A DNA stretch of 64,000 bases from Lepidodermella squamata (taxonomy: Eukaryota > Animalia > Gastrotricha). Numbering within the stretch: the first letter of the stretch is position 1; each line of letters begins with the position of its first letter. Location: positions 3,658,001 to 3,722,000 of the forward strand of contig JBLDXI010000024.1 in NCBI GenBank assembly GCA_047495785.1. The letters are read 5' to 3'. Under the pieces are notes generated by a model. It was not told where the DNA came from and did no database searches. It was given only the letters and a program-made list of their open reading frames with translations. This document shows, piece after piece, positions 13,064 to 26,590 of the stretch. The position numbers were made by a program, and so were the translations under genes.

Positions 13064-13894
13064 TGAAATCAAAGCGAAACTGGATACAAATCTAAATGGA
13101 AGAGAGTAACAAGTGCAATCGTGTAACGAGAGCGGTTCCGCGAAAAAATGTGAGTTTTAGTCGAGATGTTTTGACCTCTGAGTCCTTTATCTCAATAGAA
13201 AGAATAAATTAATGCAACAGGTTTGCTACAGTCGCGGATCGTGGTCCATGATCAATGATTATCGATCTTCGCCGAGTTGGGACATCAAGAAAAAGCGAAA
13301 CTCTTAAGGGAAGATAAGGAGCATGCAAATTTTAGGCTTTGCCGCCATCAAAGTAGTCAAGGTCAGACATGTAATTTAATAATTCTTTGAAAATTAATAT
13401 AAAATTGTAATTTACACAAAAATCTGAATTTTTATTTTAAAAAACTGAGTAAATGAGCGGCGGAAATTCTGCATCTTCAGGTTCATTTTCACTCAGCGAC
13501 CAGTGGCTTCGCTCTTTCTTTCTCCAATCTCCAATAGCTCAGCCTTAGGGTATGGTGTTCCTAAGGGGAAGCAGGGGAATCAAGGGACGGCCGAACATAG
13601 AAAGCTTCTCTCGTCCTTGGAACGAGATAATTGAGTCTTGGACTTGCTGTGTCATTTCTGATACCACAACAGCAACGTTTTGATATCCTTTAATTAATTA
13701 TAGGTTCACACGGGTATACACGGGTCACAGCTCTGAAACAACAGATAAATCCAGTTTTCAATTTTTCATTACATTCTTCAGATTTCCGTTCACATTTAAG
13801 ACAACAAGTTTATTGACGAAAGCAATATAAAGGATAGTAAGACGACAGATCATTTCTCAAGGCGCAATTCAGCCAACTTCGCGGGTGACATTCT

Positions 13895-16800
13895 TCAGTG
13901 TCGACGCCTGCGATGCTTTTTTTCGGTTTCCTCATATTCATCTGATTCGTAGTATCGAACTTTGGATCTGTTTATTCCACTGTCTCTTGAGTGTCTGCGG
14001 CTTTTCGGTTTGGAAACAGCTTTCTGCTCGATAGCATCTCGAATTTTGTGAGATTTTCTCTTATGACGATGACTGGAGGGGTCAGTGCCCACAGCTGACG
14101 AATAAGATTTAAGATAATCAGTTGACGTGGAATTGCGAACGGCTCGCTTTTCAGAAATGTGGTGGTGATGGCGGTGCGAAGTATGATGCCGAGTCGTAGC
14201 ACCAGAGTGAATCGGATGGTCTTCGCGATGCCGGCCGTAAACAATTTCTACAATATTAACGCTGTCGAGAGGGTTATCGTCAGAAAACCTCTGCGAGCGA
14301 TGATTTGTCCGAGGTTCCTTATGCAAAGGTATACGTTGATTGCGAATAGCAGTTGATGCTATTCTTCGTTTGCTTTGCTCCTCCGCTCGAAGCCGTTTTC
14401 GAGCCGGATCTACCGTGCATCTACCAGCAAAGGGCACTTCATCGGGTGACTCATCGTCATATTCACTTATTGGAGAAAAACGAGCGATTCCGTTTTCTAA
14501 ATTATCGGTATCACCCTGGTCTTTCACACTGATGTCCTCATCGAAAGTGCTGTCACACTGAAATGCGAGGTTGGTCACGGCGAAATTCGTCTCGACAGCT
14601 AACACATTGCCCCGTGAAGCCACGGTGTTGTTATTCGCGGCGTTATTTTCATAAGGCTCAGGAGATGGGTTATCTTGGCTCTCCTCGTGATCTAACCTGT
14701 TGGCCAAGTAGACGACGTTTTTCGTAATTCCAATGTCAGCACGTTCCAGGACTTGACGAGGTTGAGTCGTTATTATTGGCTTCTTCTCAACCTTTACTGC
14801 CTTTGGAATTTCTTTCTGAAAAATAAATTCAGCTCAACTATTTAGCCGTCTTGCTAACCACTCACCAATGGCTTTTCGTCAACTTCTTCCTCAAGAAGTT
14901 CCTCGGCACTCAATGGCCCGAAAAAGCTGAGAAAGACGGGCAAAAATAAGCAAGAATGGAGAGCACTGATAGCAACTGCGAGCGACAGAGACCGGAAATA
15001 GACTTCGTAGATGTACAGCCCAGTTGTTGACATGGCCAAAACTGACATCACTGTCCCAGCCCTGAAAATGCGATCAGTTAAAATGCGATTTTTTGGTGGT
15101 AAATAAAACATACCCAGCGGGAATCAAGGCGTGCCCAACGTCTGTCAGCGCATGAATGACTTTATCTTGTCGAGTTTTGCCCTCTGCCATCATGAAGTCG
15201 AAGGAAAGATGCATGATGAAATCAACGACGTACCCAACGTTGATCTAAAAGAGAATATGTGTCCAGGGCACAAACTTCATAACGAGCACTTACGATGAGC
15301 ATGGTTAAAGATACTAGATCCAAGTCAACGCCGATGTAAGGCAAAAGGCCGACGAGACCGGCCACCTCCGACAGCAAAACGGCGATAATCCAGAAGATGA
15401 GCACCAAATTCGGGACAAAAAATATAGCAACAAAGCCAGCTGACATGACAGTAATCAGGATGTAGTAACATGAGATGTAAATTGTGTTCCGTTTCATTTC
15501 ATAGTCGCCGAAATCCGGGTGATAAATCAGCAAGTTGTATTTCGCGTATTGCTTCTCGAGTTTGTTGGCAAATTCGTAGCTGGCTATTTGTCGGCTCGAT
15601 TCTGTCAAATCTAACGCTATGACATGACCTTGAGATTTGCAGACTAAGGCTCGGTCTCGCTCGCACGATTTCACGTCGTCATTTACCAACCATTGCCTAT
15701 CGTTTTCACGAGCATATCCGTCATGCAGCATGTCCCAGAACAGGTAAGAATCATTCATAGCCAAGTGGTACAGCGTGTCGTTCCTTTCGAGATAGTTCAG
15801 ATAATCACGCAACCACCAGCGCGTCATCTTCGGAGATGGATGAAAGAATCCACTGTGTTCTATTTTGCGGTAAATCGTCTCAATATCGTGCTGAACAGAT
15901 GGATCGCGGTAATTTATAGTTGAATAAAATATCACTTTGACCTCTCGATAATTATTGAAAGCTTCACGATTGACTTTCAAGAACTTAGCCTCCGGGCTAG
16001 CAAACGGGGCGAGGTTTTCCATCTTCATTCCAAAGCTCACGGATGACAATCCGTAAACAACAAGAGCGACGTAGCCAAAGTAAAGCAATAGGGCTGCGTA
16101 TTTGGCCGGGGATGTAATAAGGAACTTGGCATAACTATGCACGAATCGAAGTAAAGCTGATGCAGCGGGTCCTTCGGAATCTTCGTCATAGTCTTCATCG
16201 TCAGCATGAAGCTGCTTCTCTTCCAAAGCTACGCGCTTCTTCTTCTCAAAGTCAGTTCTTGAACAGCAGATGATGAAACATGCGCTTCGTTTAACATAAA
16301 CTATAACCAAAGTTTAAAACAAAATATGTATATGGTTATTCGAAAAAACATACGCCTTCTTTTCCTCTTTGGCATAACGCAGCAACAGCACGCATTACGA
16401 CCAGCCGGCTCAAGCATTGCTAGTAAAGCTAGCGAAGGGCAGAAGATTGTTAATTGCAGAATGAAGTCGAATACCATGCAAACGAGACTGTAAGTTGAGA
16501 ACAGAGATATTATTTTGTAGGGAGTTCGAGATCCGACAGATTGAGCCACCAAGTTCGTTACAAATGTAATGAAAATCGCAGAACCAGCCTCTGACATTGT
16601 TTGCTTCATTCTAATGGGAATAGGATCCAAAGGCTTCGTGTGGTGGAGTCCTGTTACTAGTGCGAACATATCGTCCAGGCCGATTGCCAGGGTTAAGAAT
16701 GGGACGCCAGCACAGGCGTAATTAAATTCGTAACCTAAATAAGCCATAAAACCAATTCCAGCCGCATTAGCTAGCAATGTTGAGGTAACTCCAATGAGAC

Positions 16801-18633
16801 CGAGCCATGGTTTCGAAAGAACAGAGTCGCTCCCTGACATCGCTACGACGGCCCAGATTGCCACAGCCACGATCGTTGCCAGAAATTTTGGAATTAAACT
16901 AGAAGGAAATAATTGTTAATCAGAGAACAAAAAAAGGAAACCGGAAACCATTATTTACTTGAATAAAGCTTGCTCAGGGTATTTGGTCAATTTCTCCGCG
17001 AATTGCCACCGCACTCCGATTCCAAGCTTGGGCTCAAAATAACGCTTATTCTCCTTATCGAGCCAATTGTTGATTGCTGTGTCCCAAGAGCGATAAGCGG
17101 CATTTGCCTCCGTAGTATCGGCATGGCAGATCACCCAACCCTCGCGTATCGCCTTAATAGAACTCGCATAAACCACATCTTCCGGACCAACAAATGTTTG
17201 AACATCCCCGACAACGTCAGACATAATCTTATTGTTCCCGATGTAAGGAAACGGCAAAGCATGGACTAGTAAGCTTCCTCGAAAACCCTGCGTATCCATT
17301 GATCGAAGCCGAAATGAAGCGCATGGGCTGCTCGGGTTGGAGTTGTCGTGCCTAAAAACGAGATTTCGAATTTTGATCTAGTCAACAAAGGAACTTATCT
17401 TGCCTTGCGCATAGTTGCTCAAACGTAAAACCGGGATACTTCGGCGTCGACATATTACTCCAAAGTAAGCTTTCAATTTTGAGTAGCTTCTGAAAGCGGT
17501 CCAAATCGACAAATCCGTGTTTATAGGTGTGGTTTGTTATAGTAAAAACTGAAGAAAATCAGTTAACAATTTGGAAGGGCGAATATTGATAAAAACCTAC
17601 TCAAATTAAGGTCATGACAGCGACATCCCTTATCTCTATTATTTTTGTGAGCACATGAGAAAGCATTGACACCAGGCTTTTCATCAGGTATCGATCGTTC
17701 GCTTCGAGATTTGACTGTTGGAATTTGAGATTCGGTCTTAAAATGCATTGAAGTGGTTTGCTTCGGAGTGGTTGTGGTTGGCGGCCTTTCCCCCTCGCAG
17801 CTACAGCCATAAAGCCTGAAGCCGCTGTTCTAAATTCAAACAAAAAGTTGAAACTGAAGTTGAGTTGAATTTCCATTTACCATTTCACGATCATTTGCGA
17901 TGGGGGAAGATGGGTCATTAAAATCTGTATCTCGAACCGGGGTTAGATTAATGTATCGTAGGCCCGAGGCGCATCCAAGGCCTAATGACAGCCCGAGAAT
18001 TAGCATGATGTAAGGAAACCTTCCGATAAAGAGACCATACATTCCAAGGCACCATGCGATTGCTGACTGAACTGAGGCAGAAAGCTTAGAAAGGGTTAAT
18101 TCTTTGAAGTATTTAACAGTAGCCACGCGGGCTGTTTGAAGCATTAATCGCAGTTTCGCTTTAAACCTTGTTTGGTTATCTTCAACGGCGATTGAGCGGG
18201 CATCGTCGATAAAAATATGGGAGGATTCGTGAGTTATTGCTACCACATTCATTTCACCGGGCCTATTGTAAGCTACTGATGGCGCGCTCACCCGGTTCTT
18301 TATCATTGGCGGAGGAGGAGGCGGTGGGGGTTTCAGCATCATTCTTCGCCGAGTTGCGCGAATAAATCTGTTTGGAATGAAGTCGTGGTGTGAATTGAGT
18401 TGTTCTCCGTACGTGACCTTAGCGGCATCCTTTTCGCCGCCTTCTACGAAACAATAGGACGAACTCGGATCGGCGCACTGATAGACGCTACTGGTAGGAT
18501 TGTTTCTGCTGCTACTGCCGCTACTTCCAGGAAGCAGACCATTCAGCCCATTTTCGTTATTAGAACATCCAGGATCATAGTGCGGAATATCCGGCAATTG
18601 GTAATATGTTGACGCCATGGCCTGGTCGCCCAT
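13895..18633 (-). CDS. Patched-related (PTR/PTCHD) RND-family sterol-sensing protein with long N- and C-terminal tails
   Basis: SSD motifs SKPWLG, PFLTLAIGLDDMF and SEAGSAIFIT. Second half contains WWLRDY, GVDLDLVS, INVGYVVDFIMH and HSCLFLPVFL. Most splice junctions checked are in frame, and the last exon joins ORF 13895-14707. Confidence 0.88.
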
Positions 18634-19228
18634 GACGCAACGATAAGTTTTATTATCTGCAATACTTTTCAAACCCTGTCTCAAATGTAAAAAATTGAAT
18701 TTGCAACAATCCTATAGGGAAAAAGTGGATTGGTTTAAGTGGTATAATTAGAAATTTGGAAAAAGTGGATGATGGGATTAGGCCATGCTAGTGGAGAGGA
18801 ATCTGTTTTTTCGCCGTAGCATTACCTCTTTGTGTCAAAGGCTTTTGTTTAACAAGCGCGGTATTTCGTCTACGCGCAATGCATGTATGTATGTACGTAT
18901 GTGTGCATGCGCAATGAAAATGAAAAGTTTAAAATAATAAAGGCAACGATATTATCTTACCATTTCTCTCGCTGTCTTTTCTCTATCGCAAACGCGTCGG
19001 CCCATGTTGCCATCTCGCGCTTTATGAATAGGACATATATTATCATCATAGCCAACACTGAGGCTGCGGTTTTTGCTTGTTGCAACAAGTCGCGCGAAAC
19101 GGATTTAACAACAACAACGTCGCAGGACGAATGAAAAAGAACCGTGTTTTATTTACCGACACATACACTTTTTAAAAAAACAATGAGAAACAATTATGAG
19201 AAACGACGCCATGGTCCACAATTTCGCC

Positions 19229-20762
19229 TTATAACATGGGAGCACTCGCCAGAGTATTTTTGAAATCCGTGAATAATTGCGAGTTGAATTCAACCTCAGG
19301 AAAAAACTGCGGGAAGGTCCTTAGCAACATATTGTACATCTGCGATGAACTGCGGAAAAAAGCCATCAAGCTATAAATCTGAGACAAGCGCCCTTCTGCC
19401 CGGCCCGGGTGATTGATCCGAACATAATTTAAGAGAGCACTCTCACAATCATTTCTTATTCGAAAAACAGTTTCCCGCTGCTCCAGATTGGGGATTTCTG
19501 AAATTTAAACACGTGAGTGAAGGCTTTGATTATCAAATTGAAACTCAATACCTGAATTGAGACACAGAAGAGAGCAGAAAATAGCGTATTCCCTTTCGTC
19601 AAGGCCTGATCCGATCAGCTGATTGCCAGCGTTGACCATGTAAAATTCAACGTTACAAAAAAATGGAGCAAAATTTCGCACGACCTCCATTGTTTCGCCC
19701 GGCTGAAAGGACATGATATTCGCTTGCTGGGTTATAACGTTGAAATCTAGCGATAATTGGGCGATAGATACTGGAAAAAACGCTTGCGTAAACAAGGTGA
19801 CGCGATCTTGAAGGGTCATTTGATTGGCAGAGGGCAGAGCATTCAAAAATTTACTAACCGCCCTCATATAGACTTCAAAGGCTTTCACGCGTAATTCCAT
19901 GATATCTTGAGGCGTCATGCTGGTGTTGTATGCAATTCTCACATCGTTGATCATCCTTAAATGTTGGGCGGCTGTGGTTATCATGTCAACGATATCGTAT
20001 GGTCTTGATGCATTTGCTTCAGGTATAACCTGGGGCGAAGTAGTTGGCACGGTCTGTTCCAAAGCGGTTGCTTTCCGTCTCCTCATCAGGGCGATTGTTC
20101 CTATTCTCCGATCCAGCGAAACTCGCCCTTTTGATATGTTGCCAGCGGACATTCCAGCTTCGAAACACCGCTTAAGGCGGCACTTTCGACAGTTAGAAGC
20201 TTTTGGACACAACTTCTCGCCGTTTTCCTGCAAACTCTTGCATAAATACTGCATTTTGTGCTTATTTTTGATTGAGCGGCGGAAAAAGCTTTTACAACCT
20301 TCACAAGTGATAGCCCCAAAATGGAAGCCATTACCTGAATCCAAAAATGAGATGATGACAGGCGAAAAAAGTGTGTTTCAACTTGCTTGAAGTGTTATCG
20401 CAGATTGAACAAGGAATGATAGAGAAGTCAACCGTTGAATTGGAACTGCTGCTATCTTTTGGGCTGAATGCTGAGAAAGCTGACGATGATGGACTTGCAG
20501 AACTCTCCGACATATTCCCAAAGGGCAGCAGTGAAATTTTCTCGTAGATCACCGACTTGCACAGTTTAAAGCGACAAACTCTGCATTTCTTCTGCTGATT
20601 TTCATCTGAGCAGGAGCAGACTTCTTCCTGCTTAATTCTATCCTTGTACCTGTGGTAGAACTTCTTGCATGCAAGACAAAGTAAGAGGGGAGGGCTGCTT
20701 GACTTTGCCTGATTAACCAAATGGCCGCATACTTTGCAATTGCCAGAAGCAATTTCGCTCAT
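19229..20762 (-). CDS. Nuclear receptor with two tandem DNA-binding domains and a ligand-binding domain (exons 20762-20387, 20334-19552, 19497-19229)
   Basis: DBD1: CKVC..CLACKKFYHR..CSC..CRVCRFKLC. DBD2: CSIC..GFHFGAITCEGCKSFFRR..CRKCRLKRCFEAGM. LBD: FLNALP..MTLQDRVTLF, LDEREYAIF..L.LNS, then ALLNYV..HP..R. Confidence 0.85.
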
Positions 20763-21792
20763 TACAGGCTAATTGTTTGACAGCTAAAACAGTATTAATA
20801 TAACACGTCTAATGATCTGATGGGCTCAAGCCATCGTATTATATAAGTTAAGCATACATTTGTGAGTAGTGTTTCTGCATGTGCGTATTTGAGAGGAAAA
20901 AAACATGCAGCTCAGGTTTACTATACCAAGTACTGTCCTATAGCATAGACAAATCAAGCAGCGGTATGCAGCAGTAGGCAGTAGTACCAGTCACTAAATA
21001 ATTGGATACTCATGGCAACTAAATTATATGTGACTAAATTGTATGCTAGAAAATTGTCCCGAATATTTGATGATGCCGCCACAAAAAAGCTTTCCAAGTC
21101 CATTAATGTTTAATGGCATTTCAAATTATGGCTGATAGGCACTGATGCAACTTAATGCAGAGTGCAGTTCTGGAATATGGACCAAAATTATTAATGACGT
21201 GATAAAAACGTGAGGTTAAATATTCAGGATTGAATCCTTCATTCCCGCATATTTTTAGGTTTTTTCTTCCAGCATTATAGTGGAGATTGATGTCGACTGC
21301 TCCTTAATTCGATACAACGCAATGGGTTGCATGAGTTTTCTCAACTCTCAGCCCTTCGAGCTGGCGAATAGATGTCGCCAATGTTAGAATATATGAACTT
21401 CCCTCGCGCGTAACACTACTTTTGCATGTAAAAAATCGGCCTCGCAAACAAAAATAGAATAATTTAATTCTTAGCTCCCGGTTAGTTCTTATCCGCCGGG
21501 GAAGTTATCACACCACATGCTGTGTATCCTATTAATTTAACAAATTAATATACTCCCCAGGTTAAAAAATCTCACTCCCCACAGTAGCAGCAGGCAACAG
21601 CAATACCGTTAACACCACTGAACGAATTGAAAAGAAAAAATGACTTGAGCAAACAACTGGATGGTTTTTGCAGCGAAAAAACGCAAAAGAACATTGGACA
21701 TGGCAGAGTTTTACGCAATCTGAGCATTACAATTTGCCAACAAAAAAGTTGTTGTCTCACAACGTGAGGAGTGCACATCTTCAGCACGAATA

Positions 21793-22719
21793 ATGGCTCA
21801 TGTGAGCTATCAAGAAATATTCGCTTTTTCATTTCTGATACTCTGTCAAGTTTTGGTGCCTTCGGAAGCTGGGCGGTTCGTGATGCACGACTCGAGTTCA
21901 CACTCACACGAATTGCCAGACTGGCTCCTGAAATGTCTAACGAAGCCGACGCAGCTTCCGCCAACAGAGCGCCCAGTAAAAATCTCCCTTTTGGGTTTTG
22001 GGTTTTTAATTTAGTCATTCATAAAGGTCACCTATATAAGATGCGTTAATTCAACTGGCTATCCCAACTGTCGTGAAACAAGGTTCGCAAACGATCCCTG
22101 CTTTTTCGCGAAGGAAATTCAGGTAACATGCCACAAATTGTATGCTAAAAATACCGCATTAACTGTAACAGGAACCTAGAGAATACTTGTTTCAGTCATT
22201 GGTGGAATGTGTCTATTACACCCGGAACATTACGGCGATGACAACGACTACCTTTGAACCAGCAACGACCACGCCTATACCCGTAGGATTCGTCTATCTT
22301 ATGATTTATTGCTTATATTATGTTTGAAATCACAGGTTACATATACTCGCTGTGTAAATTCGACTGGAAACGCAAACTGTAGAGCCTCTAACGAAATTCG
22401 CGTTGAAAACAGAACTTGCATGGCAGAGAAGGAATTTCAGGAGCCTAAAGATCAAGTATTCAAGTCTCTGCGGGAGTGTGTGTTTTGGGTGCCTCCTGTA
22501 ACAGAACCTCCCGGTATTGACTTCAGCATACGTCCCGGCAGGTGTTGTTTCTACGGCCCCAAACCGGATCCGCGCAACAAAATTTGCGAGGCAATTTGTG
22601 CTCCGGGGCAGTTCTATATCAACAGGTTGCTAAACCCTTGCCCTACAGACATGTATTTCGACTGGAAGCAGTGTATTTGCGATTGGAAAGCGAACGTGGT
22701 ACCGGCTAGATGTGGCTGA
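21793..22719 (+). CDS. Secreted Cys-rich protein: two copies of a 4-Cys module, T/P linkers and a C-terminal chitin-binding type-2-like domain (4 exons)
   Basis: Hydrophobic N-terminus; VTYxRCVNSTG module twice; C-terminus CPTDMYFDWKQCICDW resembles the peritrophin-A/CBM14 CP...F.....C.W motif. Confidence 0.7.
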
Positions 22720-23023
22720 TTAATTTCACTATTTACTTCAGCAACTGATTTTTAGCTTCGTGAAGTCCTGCTACTTTTGAAAGATTTGTAGCATTTTGTA
22801 ACGCATGGTATGATTCAATTTATCATTCAGCACAGCCAGCTTATAATTTTGTTCGTTTGTTTTATCATTTGCCAATAAATTTTGTCTTGCCTACTCATAG
22901 CAAAGTGCATTGTTCACATGTGGTTTGCTCATCTTGCGAACGGCAAACATGCTGAAGATGGCAGTTGCAGCGAATTTCACTAGAATAAACTTTGCATCAC
23001 TGTGAAGTACATAGCTGCCAGTT

Positions 23024-23596
23024 ATGAAATCTTTCACGATTCTGTCTACTATTCTCCTCGTTTCGTTTTGGTTAATTGCAGAAGGCCATAAATTGCATCT
23101 CATCATTAACACATGCTTGACAACAACGCCACAGCCAGAAACTCTGATCACATACGTCAGATGTATCAACTCAACCGGTAATCCTAATTGCCGTCAATCC
23201 AACACGAGCTACATCGGAGATAAGCCTTGTTTGGATCAAAAGGAGTATCAAGCGAGTTACACTTTAGTAAAGATAATTCATTTTTATGAAGCTACGTTCT
23301 AGGAACCAAAAGACTTCCTATTTCCCTCGTTGGTCGCTTGCGTTTACTTTGTCCCAGATCCAACGGAGGGCCCAACAACTACCACTCCGAAGCCAGACTA
23401 CAGCATCAGGCCTGGCAGGTGCTGTTTTTATGGGCCAGTTCCTGATCCTCGAAACCGTATTTGCGAAGCTATCTGTTCACCGGCTCAGTTCTACATCAAT
23501 CGAATTTTGTCTGATTGTCCGAAAGATTTATTCTTCAACATTAATAACTGCATTTGCGACATGCCTATAAATGTTACTCCAGCGTATTGCGGATAA
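23024..23596 (+). CDS. Tandem paralog of 21793-22719 with one 4-Cys module (2 exons)
   Basis: Signal peptide MKSFTILSTILLVSFWLIAEG; ITYVRCINSTG; SIRPGRCCFYGP.PDPRN.ICEAIC shared with the upstream gene. Confidence 0.75.
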
Positions 23597-23891
23597 TTGA
23601 AAATCTAAAAACACGTCTTTTAGAATCGTCGAACCAAATCGTCGATTTCGGTTTTTTTCGTGTAATTTAATACACGGTGTGAACTCATAATATGCGCTCG
23701 TTTTACACTAGAGCTGTCATGTTTTACATACTCTGACTGGACCTTGTAATATTCCAGCGTGAGCGCCCATGAATAAACGGATTTCCTGTCTTCAACGGCT
23801 GATGTTATTGGTTACATGCCAAATTAATAGTGAACTTTGGCACGCCACTTGCATTTTACTGAGAGCTCATTGACCACAATTATCTTTCAAA

Positions 23892-24866
23892 ATGAACATC
23901 AATAACTTCACCTTTGTGAGCTTATTTGTGCTACTCGGATACAGTAGCATAACAGTTTATAGCGTCGAAACAGATTTGCTGATTTCGGATATTTTGCGGC
24001 TTTATTCACCCCGCGTGTATTTTCATTCTGGAGAAGCGTTTTTCCCGGATTCGGCGGAATTTACTTACAATTCATCATGGCTCCAAGCATGTAGCGTGCA
24101 ACACGAATTTAGCTTTGCAAGACGATCGATAAATTGTGATGAAGATGGCGGCGGTGAAGAAGCCATTAAAAGTTGGATATCTATTCCAAGCCACCTTTAC
24201 CCGGGAAATCTATCTCGAGCCGAATCTTACATTCATATGCGAACGGTCAATGCAAATTACAGCGACATAACTGTATTCCTGTTCTATCCATACAACGGCC
24301 CCGCTTTCATTCGAGCAAATTGTGGCTTTCTAAAAATCATAAGCGACAAGCGACTAACGAGATCTGGGAGACATGAAGGTGACTGGGAGCATTTCACAAT
24401 TCGCTACAGCCATTTAGCTAAAAGACCCATTGCAATTTTCCAATCAAGACATGGCGGTGGTTATTGGATGAATTACAACATGTTAGAGGCCGATGAACTT
24501 GACGGAAGAAAGGTTATTTACTCAGCCAAGTACTCCCATGCCTTCTACGCCACTCGTGGTAAACACTCGTGGTGTGTTCCGAAAGAACTAAATCTAGGTC
24601 TCTGTACCTTCAGAGCGGAATTGATGGACGAAACTGACAAAGGAAAAATGTATTTCGAGCCGTGGAAAGCCTTCAAGCACATCGATGCTTCAGTTGAGTT
24701 CGAGGCTGTCGGTCGCTTTACTGGAAGGTGGGGAAATTATGAACAGATATCGGAATCAATACATCCCGCGTTCACTGACAGACGAGCAGCTATGGGGCCA
24801 ACAGGACCCATCATGAAAGTGGCATGGTTGAAAGAAGAAGGTTCCAAGGATCCGGACTGTCACTGA
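23892..24866 (+). CDS. Vps62/DUF946-like secreted protein, intronless
   Basis: Signal peptide; YSPRVYFHSGEAFFP, FYPYNG, HEGDWEH, SHAFY and GRWG..GPTGP motifs. Confidence 0.8.
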   Translation: MNINNFTFVSLFVLLGYSSITVYSVETDLLISDILRLYSPRVYFHSGEAFFPDSAEFTYNSSWLQACSVQHEFSFARRSINCDEDGGGEEAIKSWISIPSHLYPGNLSRAESYIHMRTVNANYSDITVFLFYPYNGPAFIRANCGFLKIISDKRLTRSGRHEGDWEHFTIRYSHLAKRPIAIFQSRHGGGYWMNYNMLEADELDGRKVIYSAKYSHAFYATRGKHSWCVPKELNLGLCTFRAELMDETDKGKMYFEPWKAFKHIDASVEFEAVGRFTGRWGNYEQISESIHPAFTDRRAAMGPTGPIMKVAWLKEEGSKDPDCH

Positions 24867-26590
24867 AGTTGGCTTCTCTTCATCCGTAAAATATTAACTT
24901 GTAATACTTATGACTTGGGTACGTTCAACAGTCTGTGACTCAAATTTGTTGCGGAATGAATTTTTTATTCCGTATTATATCTAACACAGAGATCAGAAAT
25001 CCACTGAAGATTCTAAATAAAAGGCAAAGCTAATTAGGTTTCGTTCCTAAGAAGTATTTTTCCCGCAAATTTGGCGAATTCTCACGTTCAACTACAAAAG
25101 AGAGATCCTCAATTAGCGGAATAGATGGAACTAACTTTGAAAACAGTTAAGCTACCAGCTGCTCACACAACGTTGGTCGATTTCAATGAGGTCAAATTGT
25201 TAACGAGGGACTCTGGTGTACAGGACCAGCTCTATCAAACACTACCATTGACACTAGCGCTGCTTATGGCGCTAATCGTTCGTCCGGTTCCCTGAAGGAC
25301 CATTCTTCAAACTTTGTGATGCTCATGTGTAGACTTTGTGTTCCTCAGTACTCATAGAAGCTTTTGTCACTGGAAATCTTCAGGTTCTCGATAGATCTTA
25401 CAAAAGGTAATGGTAATAAGTGATATGATGTTTGATTTTTAAACAATCTTGGCAATCTTCAATCTGAAATAATGAGAGTTAACCTAGTGAATTAAGGATG
25501 TTTTGAATTAAGCCGAATTCCGCACGTCTCGCTTTGTGTTCAAATATTGCTTTCTAAATTGCAGGCGAGAATTGATTGGTGCTGCAAGTTTGGACTAGGA
25601 GACTCAAGACGAGTAAACTCAGCAAGATTCGGTTGCGAATTTGAAAATTTTTTGTCGAGTTCGCATTCTCATGCTGTTACACACATTAGAAAACATTAGA
25701 AAAATACTTTATACTATAATTCGGGTTAGAATTTGCGTCGAAAATAAAAAAATTACATTTGACCTTGAACTCCAGTGTTGGCGGGTTTTTTTTAAATCTA
25801 GCGAAAAACAATTGGAACTGAAAATGGCCTCCGCCAAATGATTCAGTTTGCTTCCTTAGGGATCCGAGGTCCTCAAGGTACGAGGGCAGGCAGCTGGAAA
25901 CGGCAGGACTCGTTAGGGCCTTCAGAGCTAGAAACATCATTGGTGCAGTGTCTTAGCCGGTCAAACTTCAATCCTCACATCTCAGATCTCAGTTTGTCCC
26001 CTAGGTACTCGCATTCGACTAGCATCCTAATTTCGAAAGCGCTGAAGGGTTTTACTATACTCAATCGGGAATTTCTTAGCCGAATCCTGTGGTATTATCA
26101 GTCGGGATTCTTTCAGAATACAGGCTGTATTGCTCGAAAATGATGCCATTCTTAATTAAATGTTAGTATTTCAATTTTATGGCGTTCTTTTCTCATTTCT
26201 GAAAGTTTCACTGAACTCCGGAGAACTTGCTCTTGAAAATAGCTGGCAATACGGTACCAAGTACTTATGCATTATCAGCAAACATGTCTCCATAACACCC
26301 AACACCTTATTTATATTTAACACCTTTCTCTTCTTATTACCAGACTGAAGGCTTTTTCTAAGGATTGGCAGATTGCCCTCAGTATTATTATCTTGTCTCT
26401 TCTCAATCACTCAATTTGAGGCATGTTAAATACGCTAAAAGTTGGCACTGCTTATTTTTAGCTTCATCTTCTTTACGTCACTTGACGCAGTCTTCTGAGA
26501 AGCAATGCATATTTGTTTTTCCACAATTTAATGTTTAAATTGTAGCCGAATCGACTGTTAACGTACTGCCAGATCTGAAGCAAGTGCACC

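Noticed and set aside
24900-26550. Short ORFs between the Vps62-like and F-box genes
   Set aside because: No coherent exon chain or recognisable protein features.
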